Below are positions 1 through 8,131 of a stretch of 24,237 nt of DNA, in pieces. Numbering within the stretch: the stretch's first letter is position 1; every line of letters starts with the position of its first letter. The notes under the pieces are model-generated. The model saw only the letters and a list, made by a program, of their open reading frames with translations, ran no database searches and was not told the DNA's origin. The translations under genes and the position numbers were made by a program. This DNA is from Candidatus Micrarchaeota archaeon (lineage in GTDB: Archaea > Micrarchaeota > Micrarchaeia > Norongarragalinales > UBA97): assembly GCA_016217775.1 (NCBI GenBank), contig JACRGG010000036.1, positions 1 to 24,237 of the forward strand. The letters run 5' to 3'.

Positions 1-814
1 AAATGAACCTATTTTTCCCATAAACTCCCACCTTCTTGATTATCCCAAAATCAGCGAGGTTATTCAAGTACTGCTGGATGATGCTCGGGTCGTCCTTCTT
101 AATGATGTTCCTGGAGAAAAGATAGCTTGATATTTCGCCCGAAACAACGTGGCCGTTCGCAACCGCCCTCAATATCGCCTCGTAAGCCGCGGAAATGCTT
201 CTCTCCTCCTCTAAGAAAATCTCGCCTACGAGCGCCGGAACCGTGCGGATAGAGCCAAGCAGGACTTTGGCGAAAACTTCCCGCGGCGAGAGCATCGGTT
301 CCAAAAAATCAACTGCAAGCGGCTCGCGGGCAAGAACCGCCAATTCCAGCAAGTCCCGCCTTCCCGTATGCATGGGTTTAAGCGCCTTGGCCGCATCAGC
401 TATGCTAATCAACCCTATTTTAGCCTCGCTAAAAAACCCGAGGAGCGCCGAGCGGCTTGAGAAAAGCCTTCTAGACAGGAACAGGGTTGACGATACTATT
501 ATTAGCTTCCCCTGTTTTTTGTGCGCGTGAAGCGAGTCGAAAAAATCATCCCCAAGCCGGTGGAACTCGTCCACCACTACCCTCTTTCCCTGCGAAAGCC
601 CGCTTTTGAGAAGCTCTAGGAATGCCTCGTACCCTATGGTCCTGCCGTCCTTGACCGAAATGATGCTCCTGTCCCGCTTGACAAAGAAAAAATCATCGTA
701 TTTCACAAAGTTCTCTATTAGGAAAGACTTGCCTGTTTTGCGCCTCCCGTATACTAAAACCCATTTTCCCCCAGATCCCACCAGGCTGCTTTCAGCCGGC
801 CTTTCTATAATCAC
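1..814 (-). CDS. Archaeal ATP-binding protein (ATPase_2/AAA-like P-loop ATPase), truncated by the window edge
   Basis: Absent from the ORF track because it runs off the left end. Manual translation from GTG 814 (in-frame ATG also at 832): MIIERPAESSLVGSGGKWVLVYGRRKTGKSFLIENF...VVVDEFHRLG..., with Walker A GRRKTGKS and Walker B VVDEF. The frame is open to position 2. A TTATATA box at about 838-845 on the minus strand fits the 814 start. Confidence 0.85.
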   Translation of the reverse strand, partial: MIIERPAESSLVGSGGKWVLVYGRRKTGKSFLIENFVKYDDFFFVKRDRSIISVKDGRTIGYEAFLELLKSGLSQGKRVVVDEFHRLGDDFFDSLHAHKKQGKLIIVSSTLFLSRRLFSSRSALLGFFSEAKIGLISIADAAKALKPMHTGRRDLLELAVLAREPLAVDFLEPMLSPREVFAKVLLGSIRTVPALVGEIFLEEERSISAAYEAILRAVANGHVVSGEISSYLFSRNIIKKDDPSIIQQYLNNLADFGIIKKVGVYGKNRFI

Positions 815-1023
815 GGTAAGTATAACCAGCATTATAGTATATAATCCTTTCTTTATCCGGCTTGCTTGTGCCTATTGCTATCAATGCCCGACTCGGATGT
901 TTTTCAGCCCATCTGGCGCTTTCTTCCAAGAAAAAAGTTCTACCAAAAGTTAATAACTGGTTTTTTCCCCACGACAACTGCATAAAATAACGCAGAGCAG
1001 GCGCGAGGGGGCGGGAAATCAAT

Positions 1024-1410
1024 TTGGCGGAACTAGAGTTCAAGCAAATACTATTGGCGTCAAGCGTGCTCGCGCTCTTCCTCCTCTACGCCCTGCCAAA
1101 AACCGGTTCGGCAAGCCTTCTTCCAATCGAGTTGGCAAACGCGAGCGCGTATTTGAACCAAAACGTTTTCGCGCAGGGAAAACTAACCGCGATTAAGGCA
1201 AACTCCAATCCGGCAAGCCCAAACTCCGCCTTAGCCACTGGGTTGTTGTGCGCGCAGAAAGCCTGCCTGAAAACCGTCTTCACAAAAAACGTCAACCCGG
1301 CGCTGCTGCCGAAGAAAGGCGCGTGGCTAAAAGCTCGGGGGAAAATAAGCGCGTACGGCGATTCAATCGCGCTGTACGTTTACTCAAGCGCCGACTACGA
1401 GGCGAGCTGA
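1024..1410 (+). CDS. Membrane-anchored/exported OB-fold protein (putative nucleic-acid binding)
   Basis: N-terminal hydrophobic segment ILLASSVLALFLLYAL, then an OB-fold-like strand pattern: NVFAQGKLTAI...GAWLKARGKISAYGDSIALYV. TTG start is uncertain. Confidence 0.65.
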   Translation: MAELEFKQILLASSVLALFLLYALPKTGSASLLPIELANASAYLNQNVFAQGKLTAIKANSNPASPNSALATGLLCAQKACLKTVFTKNVNPALLPKKGAWLKARGKISAYGDSIALYVYSSADYEAS

Positions 1411-1434
1411 TCCTTGGACGGGGCGAGCTAAGGT

Positions 1435-2604
1435 TTGCTAGCCGAGTTTCTCCAAGGGCTGTTGCTTGGCGCAACGGGATTAATCCCGTTCTTCCACACC
1501 AACCTGGCGATAGAATTGTTCAAGCCAAGCGGGTTTTTTTTCGTAACCGTCGCGTCCCTATCATTCTCGCATTTGGTTTTCGAGTCAATCCCCTCGATTT
1601 TTCTCTTCACTCCGACCGACTCCCAGCCAATCAGCGCAATTCCGGCGCAATCCCTGGCAAGGCAGGGAAAAGCGCTTTACTCCCTCAAGCTAGTCCTCGC
1701 CGCCCTATTCGCGTCCGCGCTTTTTTCAATCCTCTTACTCCCGTTCTTCTCGATTTTACTCCCCCCAATTTTCAACGCCGTGCGGCCGTTTACCGGCATC
1801 GCGTTAATCGCAGTAATTGCGGCAGTCTTCTTCCAAGAGTGGAAGTCGAACTCATTGCTAAAATTCGCGGCATTGTTTTCCCTCTCCGGCCTGCTTGGAA
1901 AAATCGTCTTCGACACTCCGCTCTCCAACCCTCTCTTCCCCCTGTTAACCGGATTGTTCGCCGTGCCGGTATTGCTTGAATCAATTTTCTCAAGTCACAA
2001 CCAAAAACCAGCCGCCAAGGACCAAGACGATTCCTTCCCGAAAATTTCCTTCCCGCTGATTTTCGCGGGCGTGCTCCTCGGCGCGCTATCCGGTTTGCTT
2101 CCGGCGCTTAGCCCGTCTATGATAGCAAGCGTTGCTTACTTGTTTTTCTCCAGCCAGCCGGCTACCTTCCTCACGCTTTCAACCTCGATAATCTGCTCGA
2201 AGCTATTCTACGATTTTTTCTACTCGATTTTTTTGCACAAGGCGCGCTCCGCCCCCGCGGCGCTGCTTGCAGGCGCGAATCTAACCAGCCGAGACTTCCT
2301 CCTCCTTGAAGTAACCGCGGTCGCCGCAATAGCCGCAAGCGCGCTATTGCTGCTTTTGTCCGCAAGAAAACTATTGCTGTTCTTCAACCGCATCGGCGAA
2401 AAAGTTTTTTCAGCATCCATACTCGCGTTGATCCTATTTTGGCTTTATTATTCGCAAGGCGCGCCGGGCTTGTTCGCTTTAACCGCGTGCGCGCTAGTAG
2501 GCCTGCTGCCGGGGCAATACGGGGTGAAAAAAAGCGCTTGCACCGGCGCGCTAATCCTCCCCACAATCGCGTATTTTATTCCGGCAATCCCCTATTTTAT
2601 GTAG
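1435..2604 (+). CDS. TctA/DUF112-family polytopic membrane protein (archaeal tripartite tricarboxylate transporter permease-like)
   Basis: 389 aa, hydrophobic throughout (roughly 10 or more TM segments). Family-like motifs GATGLIPFFHTN, FESIPSIFLFTP, LFPLLTGLFAVP, GALSGLLPALSPS; the half-repeat GLIP/GLLP pattern is typical of TctA/AbrB-like folds. Confidence 0.75.
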   Translation: MLAEFLQGLLLGATGLIPFFHTNLAIELFKPSGFFFVTVASLSFSHLVFESIPSIFLFTPTDSQPISAIPAQSLARQGKALYSLKLVLAALFASALFSILLLPFFSILLPPIFNAVRPFTGIALIAVIAAVFFQEWKSNSLLKFAALFSLSGLLGKIVFDTPLSNPLFPLLTGLFAVPVLLESIFSSHNQKPAAKDQDDSFPKISFPLIFAGVLLGALSGLLPALSPSMIASVAYLFFSSQPATFLTLSTSIICSKLFYDFFYSIFLHKARSAPAALLAGANLTSRDFLLLEVTAVAAIAASALLLLLSARKLLLFFNRIGEKVFSASILALILFWLYYSQGAPGLFALTACALVGLLPGQYGVKKSACTGALILPTIAYFIPAIPYFM

Positions 2605-2636
2605 CCTTAAAAAACTGGGGTTGCGTAATCCCTTTT

Positions 2637-3053
2637 ATGAAAAAAGCCCAGTTTTCCGTCGAAGCGGTCCTAGTCTTTTCCGCGCTCACCGTGTCAATAA
2701 TATTCCTCGCGAATTACGCCTCGTCGTACGCGAAAACAAGCGAGTCGGTATCACTCTCCGCTTACGAGAAGACGATTTTGGAAAACGCGGCGGTGCTCTC
2801 CGACGCCGCGTGCGCGAGGGGCGAGAAGCTCTCGTTTCCAATCCAATGCATTAGCGGCCAAAATGGCGGGGGGCAAACAATTTACCTCTCCGGTCAGCCG
2901 GGCAACAAGCTGGTAGTCGCGTCAAGCGACTTGGAGAAAAACTTTTCCATAACAACCAACTGCGCCGTCACGGGGACAATCCCGTTAAGCTGCCAAAGCT
3001 TTGCGTGCTTCAACGCGCAAGGCGGTTCAGTATTATTGCAGGAAGGCTGTTGA
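2637..3053 (+). CDS. Class III signal-peptide (type IV pilin-like) protein 1
   Basis: Start reassigned to ATG 2637; the upstream part of the track ORF overlaps the previous gene. N-terminus MKKA/QFSVEAVLVFSALTVSIIFLA has basic residues, a G/A cleavage site, Q+1, E+5 and a hydrophobic helix. Six Cys. CTTAAA box at 2606-2611. Confidence 0.8.
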   Translation: MKKAQFSVEAVLVFSALTVSIIFLANYASSYAKTSESVSLSAYEKTILENAAVLSDAACARGEKLSFPIQCISGQNGGGQTIYLSGQPGNKLVVASSDLEKNFSITTNCAVTGTIPLSCQSFACFNAQGGSVLLQEGC

Positions 3054-3090
3054 CTGACAAAATATGATTAAAGAAAAAGGTTTTTTGCCG

Positions 3091-3438
3091 ATGAAAACGT
3101 TTTTTGGAAGAAAGCGCGGGCAGCTGCTCTCCGCGGACGCGGTAATAGCGCTGCTAATCGCGTTTGCAGCCATCGGAGTGCTCGCCAACGCATTGGATTC
3201 GACTTCGCGCGCCGCAACCGGCTTTAGCCAGTACAATCCAAGCGCGTTCGCGGCGGAATCGCTTGTCAACGGCGAATCAGTTGACTTAAGCGGCAAGTGC
3301 TTCAAGTACTCGAATGGAACAAGCACGTGCGCGTCGTTTTTTTGCCCCGTTGGCTCGCCTAACACTTTCGTCTCAAAACGATTGGCGGCCTGCCTTACGA
3401 GCGGCTACTGCCTGTTGGAGGTGCGCTCGTGCGCCTGA
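3091..3438 (+). CDS. Class III signal-peptide (pilin-like) protein 2
   Basis: MKTFFGRKRG/QLLSADAVIALLIAFAAIGVLA; six Cys; NGT sequon. Alternative ATG at 3064. Confidence 0.75.
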   Translation: MKTFFGRKRGQLLSADAVIALLIAFAAIGVLANALDSTSRAATGFSQYNPSAFAAESLVNGESVDLSGKCFKYSNGTSTCASFFCPVGSPNTFVSKRLAACLTSGYCLLEVRSCA

Positions 3439-3839
3439 AGGGATTCGCATTGACTGCCGACGCGCTCGTCGCCATAGCAGCCGCGTTTTTAATAATCGGA
3501 GCCGCGGCGACTGTCTCGAATTACCAAAACACCCTCCTGCAGGAACTGCCCCTGCACGCGCTAGCCCGCGATTACCCCGAGCTGAACTACTATTCCCTCC
3601 AGCCGATTACCCCGCTTGCATTCAATCAGCTCACCGGGTTTTCAATAACTCAAGCCGCGCCAACGCCAAGCCCGGCTAGCCCAAAAAATTATTACTCCGC
3701 GTCATTAAGCCAGCCTAGTCCCGCGTGCCCGGCTTGCTCGGACGACGGCTTGAGCATCAGCTGCTCTTCCAGCCAATTATCCTGCTTTGGTTCCTTCGAC
3801 ACGCAAATAAGCGTCAAGCGGGTTTGGGTGAGCAAATGA
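3429..3839 (+). CDS. Class III signal-peptide (pilin-like) protein 3
   Basis: MRLKG/FALTADALVAIAAAFLIIGAAA; four Cys; GTG start overlaps the previous gene by 10 nt. Confidence 0.72.
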   Translation: MRLKGFALTADALVAIAAAFLIIGAAATVSNYQNTLLQELPLHALARDYPELNYYSLQPITPLAFNQLTGFSITQAAPTPSPASPKNYYSASLSQPSPACPACSDDGLSISCSSSQLSCFGSFDTQISVKRVWVSK

Positions 3840-4813
3840 TTTTACGCCAACGAATGAACAAAGGGTTTTTCTCGCCAATCATAATAGCGCTTGCAACAAT
3901 CACCGCGCTCGCGCTGCTCTCAACGGTATTCTCTGCGTCAAACTCGAACAACGCGCTGTTAACGGCAGTAGAGTCGCAGAAAGTCGCCGACAAGGCGGCC
4001 GACTACTCGAACGCCTTGGACTACGCGTTAATGGAATCCTTGCTTGACTCCGCGTACTCAATACGCGGGTGCGCGCCAACGCCAGGCGATTACTGCGCGC
4101 TTTCTCAAACCAAATTCGGCGATTACTCTGCCGCGCTCTCGCAGCAGCTCTCGGCGGACAGCGTTAACGCTAGCACGGGGGTAATCTCGTACCCGCCCTG
4201 CTCGGACTTTAAGGCAAGCGAGAACCTCGGGTTTTCCGAGTCAATCTCCTTCGCCTATTCCGCAAATCCCCAAGTCTACTCGACGCTCGCGTCGAAGGCA
4301 ATTCCAAAAAACCCGTCTGTCATCGCAAGCGCGTTCAACAACCCCAACTCGTTTGGATTCGTCTTCCGCGATTCCAGCCAGCAAAACTTTTTGCAAACAG
4401 GGCAAGGCGCTACTATCTCAAACCCGGCTTTAAGCCCCTTGCTTGACCCAAGCACGGCAACCGAGGTAATTCTGCCGGCAAGCCCGGATCCGTACTCGTT
4501 TGTCGTCGATATGACTGGAACGTCCGCGTTGCGTGAAATAAACGCCGTAGTTTCCTTCCACAACGCCCAAGCGGGCTCGAACCAGAGGGTAACAAACTTG
4601 GTTGTTGAAGCATCGCAAGATAATTCCGTTTTCCAAATTGTTGTTCCCTCAACAAGCAACCCTCCTGGCGTGTCGGTATTTACTTTCCCACCCGTAACCG
4701 CGCGTTACCTTAAGTTCACTTACTCGAAAGTCGTCGGCAGCCCCACTGGAGCCGGCGTGACTAAAATCGGGGCATTCACTTCGCTGAAAGCCTACTTCGC
4801 CTCCTGCACGTGA
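3836..4813 (+). CDS. Large pilin-like protein/adhesin with a C-terminal discoidin (F5/8 type C)-like beta-sandwich
   Basis: The ATGA overlap with the previous stop fixes the start at 3836 (or 3854). N-terminus MNKG/FFSPIIIALATITALALL. The C-terminal third has FVVDMTG...LVVEASQDNSVFQ...TFPPVTARYLKF, typical of discoidin/galactose-binding-like domains. Four Cys. Confidence 0.72.
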   Translation: MILRQRMNKGFFSPIIIALATITALALLSTVFSASNSNNALLTAVESQKVADKAADYSNALDYALMESLLDSAYSIRGCAPTPGDYCALSQTKFGDYSAALSQQLSADSVNASTGVISYPPCSDFKASENLGFSESISFAYSANPQVYSTLASKAIPKNPSVIASAFNNPNSFGFVFRDSSQQNFLQTGQGATISNPALSPLLDPSTATEVILPASPDPYSFVVDMTGTSALREINAVVSFHNAQAGSNQRVTNLVVEASQDNSVFQIVVPSTSNPPGVSVFTFPPVTARYLKFTYSKVVGSPTGAGVTKIGAFTSLKAYFASCT

Positions 4814-4973
4814 TAATGCAATTAATTTGCGGGCCAAACAACCGCCTGCCCTATTGATTATTACACTACCGATTCGTAGGGATTTTATACCCAACTAGTT
4901 ATCTAATAACACTAGAAAAAAACGCTTAAAACCGGCTTAAACAATCAAGCAGTGTTTTCTAGGCTGGAATTGA

Positions 4974-5579
4974 ATGGTCTTGCTTAAGCGCGTCGCGCTT
5001 ATAGTCGTAGTCATCCTAGCAATAGCAATCGCGTACTCGTTCACCTCTAAAGCGCAGTCGGTTGCAACCGCCGCGGACGCAAAGGCGATAGTCTTGGAAG
5101 ACCTCAAGTCCGACCCCCTCTTCTCCGCCAACGGGTTGTACAGCGTTTATTCAATAGAGTACCTCAACTCGAGCGGCCAGTGGGAGGTCAAGACGAAAAT
5201 TACGTTAAGCCCGCACTCGGCGTGCCCGCAAGTCTACCTGCGCGACTACAAGCTTTTGCCGATAAGCCCTAGCTTAAACAAGCAAGTCGTGAAAGACTGC
5301 ACCGCCAACACCCCCCTAGCGCTCCCCGAAGAGGCGATAATCGCGTCCAAGGACTTGATTCAAGTCAAGGCACTCTCATCCCCGCAAGCCTGCGGCTACT
5401 CCCTCCCGCTAAACCCTGTTGACGCCGCCGAGTACTGCCCCTTTGCCGACTACGCGCAATTAAGGCAATTCGCCGACTCGCTGCAATCCAACGCGCGCTT
5501 TGTAACAGAGTGGCGCTCTAACCAAACAATACTGCGCATCGCACTAGACGAAAACGCGAACGTATTGTCAGTGCAGTAA
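4974..5579 (+). CDS. Membrane-anchored extracellular hypothetical protein
   Basis: N-terminal KR plus hydrophobic anchor VALIVVVILAIAIAYSF; four Cys; NSS and NQT sequons. The C-terminal RIALDENANVL is reminiscent of PepSY-like ends (weak). CTTAAA boxes at 4925 and 4936. Confidence 0.7.
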   Translation: MVLLKRVALIVVVILAIAIAYSFTSKAQSVATAADAKAIVLEDLKSDPLFSANGLYSVYSIEYLNSSGQWEVKTKITLSPHSACPQVYLRDYKLLPISPSLNKQVVKDCTANTPLALPEEAIIASKDLIQVKALSSPQACGYSLPLNPVDAAEYCPFADYAQLRQFADSLQSNARFVTEWRSNQTILRIALDENANVLSVQ

Positions 5580-5643
5580 TTAGGCTTAAAAAAACAAAAT
5601 CAGAAAAACTGGTTTTTTTATTTTCTTTTCCCTTTAATCCCTT

Positions 5644-5844
5644 TCAAGAAAACACTATCATTAGCCCGACTAGGAGCAAAAACACCGCCAATAGCCCCAA
5701 GCCCCCGAAAAGCATTGCCGCAACCATCGACACTAAACTCGAAACAAAATGCGGGTTGGACTGGTAAAACCCGAAGTAGTACACTACCGCAAACAACCCA
5801 AGGCCCACTAGCAGGCTGACTATCCCCGACTTGACTAGCTTCAT
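5644..5844 (-). CDS. Small two-TM membrane protein
   Basis: 66 aa with an ATG start and two hydrophobic helices. It fills the gap between a convergent gene and the divergent pelota gene. Confidence 0.7.
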   Translation of the reverse strand: MKLVKSGIVSLLVGLGLFAVVYYFGFYQSNPHFVSSLVSMVAAMLFGGLGLLAVFLLLVGLMIVFS

Positions 5845-5927
5845 AATAACTTTGTTAGCCGCGCTTTGCTTTTATTCATTGCCGTTGATAACAATTTACG
5901 GGCAGATTACCTGGGGAGAAACACAAT

Positions 5928-6974
5928 ATGCGCTATTCATTCGACCGCAAGAGCGGCTTGCTGAAAATCTGGCCGCAGTCAAGCGAAGACCTGTGGCACC
6001 TCCAAAAAGTGCTCTGCCCAAACGACGTTGTGAGCGGGCACTCCACGCGCCGCTTCAAGGCCGAGCGCGGCAACGAGCGGGGGGACAGCGGGGAGAAAAA
6101 ACACGTTTTCCTGACAATCAAATTATCCAACGTCGAGTTCTCCGAGAACGCGAACAAGCTGCGCTTAACCGGAAAAATACTGTCGGGAACCCCCGAGGAA
6201 TTCGTCTCGGTAGGCGAGCACCACACCATAGACATTGAAGTCGGCGCTCAAGTAGCAGTTCAAAAAACCCCGTCCGCGTACGAAAAATACGTGCTGGAGT
6301 CCGCCGCCAAAAAATCCAAGAAGCCAAAAGCCCTAATCGTCGCGGTGGAAGAAAAAACCGCGGCGTTCTACGAATTGTCCGCGCTCGGATTGAAAAAACT
6401 CTTCGAGCTAGAAAATTCGGCTAGCAAGCGCGACAAGGAATCGTTCGACGAGCTTGAAAAAAAATTCAATTCCCAGCTATTAACTGCAATCGGGGAGAAA
6501 AATCCGCCCGCCATCGCGTTGATAGGCCCCGGGTTTGCAAAAGACGCGTTCAAGAGATTCGCTCAAAACCAAAACCCCGCGCTTTCCAAAAAAATGTTTC
6601 TAGAGCACGCGCACGGCGTCCTCCCCTCCGACGTGAACCACTTGCTCAAAACCGGCCTGCTTGAAAAAATGCTCGGCGAGCAGCAGTACGCAACCCAATT
6701 GGCGGAATTGGAGGAGTTCAAGAAATCAATCGGGAGAAACGACGGGCTGTACGCGTACGGGTTTGCGGACGTGAAAAAAGCGGTGGAGCTTGCGGCCGCG
6801 GACAAAATCCTGGTCCTCGACGAATTAATGCGCAAGGACGATAAAACCCAGCGCCTCCTCGAGCTTGCGGAAAAAACCAAGGCGGCACTCGTTGTAATGG
6901 AGTCGGACAACGATGCGGGAAAGCAGTTCGCCGGCTTTCAAATCGCGTGCAGGCTAAGGTACAAAATCAATTAA
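5928..6974 (+). CDS. pelA: Pelota/Dom34 mRNA surveillance and ribosome rescue factor
   Basis: N-terminal LKIWPQSSEDLWHL...GHSTRR...KLRLTGKI...GEHHTIDI, middle eRF1-like domain with GPGFAK, C-terminal YGFADVKKAVELAAADKILVLD. Confidence 0.95.
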   Translation: MRYSFDRKSGLLKIWPQSSEDLWHLQKVLCPNDVVSGHSTRRFKAERGNERGDSGEKKHVFLTIKLSNVEFSENANKLRLTGKILSGTPEEFVSVGEHHTIDIEVGAQVAVQKTPSAYEKYVLESAAKKSKKPKALIVAVEEKTAAFYELSALGLKKLFELENSASKRDKESFDELEKKFNSQLLTAIGEKNPPAIALIGPGFAKDAFKRFAQNQNPALSKKMFLEHAHGVLPSDVNHLLKTGLLEKMLGEQQYATQLAELEEFKKSIGRNDGLYAYGFADVKKAVELAAADKILVLDELMRKDDKTQRLLELAEKTKAALVVMESDNDAGKQFAGFQIACRLRYKIN

Positions 6975-7082
6975 TCGTTTTTTTCCCGCCGCGCGTTTTA
7001 AAAAAAAATTTACGGGTTATTCGGGCAAGCCCCGTTTTCTAAGCAAGACAAGAGGATGAAGAACGCCTCACCAAGTTAGGAA

Positions 7083-7202
7083 TTACCTCCATAGGGTTGT
7101 CTTCGTCTCTCGTACCACTATCTCACTTTTTAGGACAGCCCTGCCCTTCCAACCCGCCAATTTTCCGATTTTTTTTATCCTGTCGGATTTTATTTTCCCC
7201 AA
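7083..7202 (-). CDS. Candidate 39-aa basic small ORF (unverified)
   Basis: TTG 7202 to TAA 7083 gives MGKIKSDRIKKIGKLAGWKGRAVLKSEIVVRETKTTLWR. GGAGG lies 4 nt upstream and a TTTATATA box is at about 7234-7242 on the minus strand. Confidence 0.25.
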   Translation of the reverse strand: MGKIKSDRIKKIGKLAGWKGRAVLKSEIVVRETKTTLWR

Positions 7203-7326
7203 ACCGCCTCCGTGAATTATTTACGCTATGGAATTATATAAACGTTTTGTTTTTCAGCCAGTGTAGTTAATTCTCAAGTATTTTGCATAGATTTAAACAA
7301 AACCATTTATATATACTGTTTATCTA

Positions 7327-8052
7327 ATGTATTGCGGGTTGAATGAATTGTCTAAGGGAATATCAAGTGCAGTAAGGGTCTTGCTTGACGACGTGCCGTT
7401 TTTGAACCTTGGCGTGGACAAGGAGATAATCAACTACTCCGGCCTCGCGCGGATGCTCATTCCCAGAATCGAGTCGCAAGTCGGGTTCAAGGTCGGCGAG
7501 CACGCGGTGATTGCGGCAATCCGCCGCGAGATGAAAAAAACCCACGAGGAGTCCCCCAGTTTTCTTTCCTTAATCGCCCACGCCGCGATTTTCGTGCACA
7601 CGGGAATGTTCCGGATTGACTTGCAGAGGAATTCCCCGCAGCTAAGCGAGAAGCTGTGCGAATTGGAGAAGACGACCAACCAGGAGAAGGGCGAGCGGTT
7701 TTACCAAATCCAGCGCCGCACTGAAATCTCGGTCATCGCGCACAGGCGGTTTTTGGCGCAAATACTCAAGCTCATAGACAAGAAGGACGTGCAGAAAATC
7801 ACGGATAATCTGGCGATGATTTCAATCAAGGTCCCGCCGGATTTAATCGAGGTGCCGGGCGAGTTTTATTACTTCACAGGATTGTTCGCAAGGCGCAACA
7901 TTTCAATCTACGGGCTCATCCGCACGTTCAACTGGATTTCGTTTCTCGTAAGCGAGAGCCAAGCGCCGTTGGCGTACAAAAGAATCATATCCGCGCTCGA
8001 GCAAGTCAAGCAATTCAATTCCGTTATGGAAAAAACCAGCAAGCAAAAATAA
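7327..8052 (+). CDS. ACT-domain-containing protein with a helical N-terminal domain (putative amino-acid-sensing regulator)
   Basis: N-terminal GVDKEIINYSGLARML...HAVIAAIRR and C-terminal ACT-like IEVPGEFYYFTGLFARRNISIYGLIRTFNWISFLVSE. No kinase motifs seen. The true start may be a later TTG (7339 or 7348). Confidence 0.7.
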   Translation: MYCGLNELSKGISSAVRVLLDDVPFLNLGVDKEIINYSGLARMLIPRIESQVGFKVGEHAVIAAIRREMKKTHEESPSFLSLIAHAAIFVHTGMFRIDLQRNSPQLSEKLCELEKTTNQEKGERFYQIQRRTEISVIAHRRFLAQILKLIDKKDVQKITDNLAMISIKVPPDLIEVPGEFYYFTGLFARRNISIYGLIRTFNWISFLVSESQAPLAYKRIISALEQVKQFNSVMEKTSKQK

Positions 8053-8131
8053 GCAAGGCAATAGCCCGTAAAGCAAAAATAACTTAAACACTCCTGGCTA
8101 ATAAAATCACTATTCTCGAGGATTATTTTTT

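Noticed and set aside
1435-2604. Calling the gene tctA of a citrate TctABC transporter
   Set aside because: No tctB or tctC is in the window, and substrate cannot be inferred from family membership.
7050-7075. Riboswitch-like GAGG...CCTC mini-hairpin
   Set aside because: The stem is only 4 bp, lacks a recognisable riboswitch consensus, and no cognate gene lies downstream.
8041-8082. Direct repeat AAGCAAAAATAA x2 upstream of gatB
   Set aside because: Short, A-rich and partly coding, so it cannot be distinguished from low-complexity sequence.
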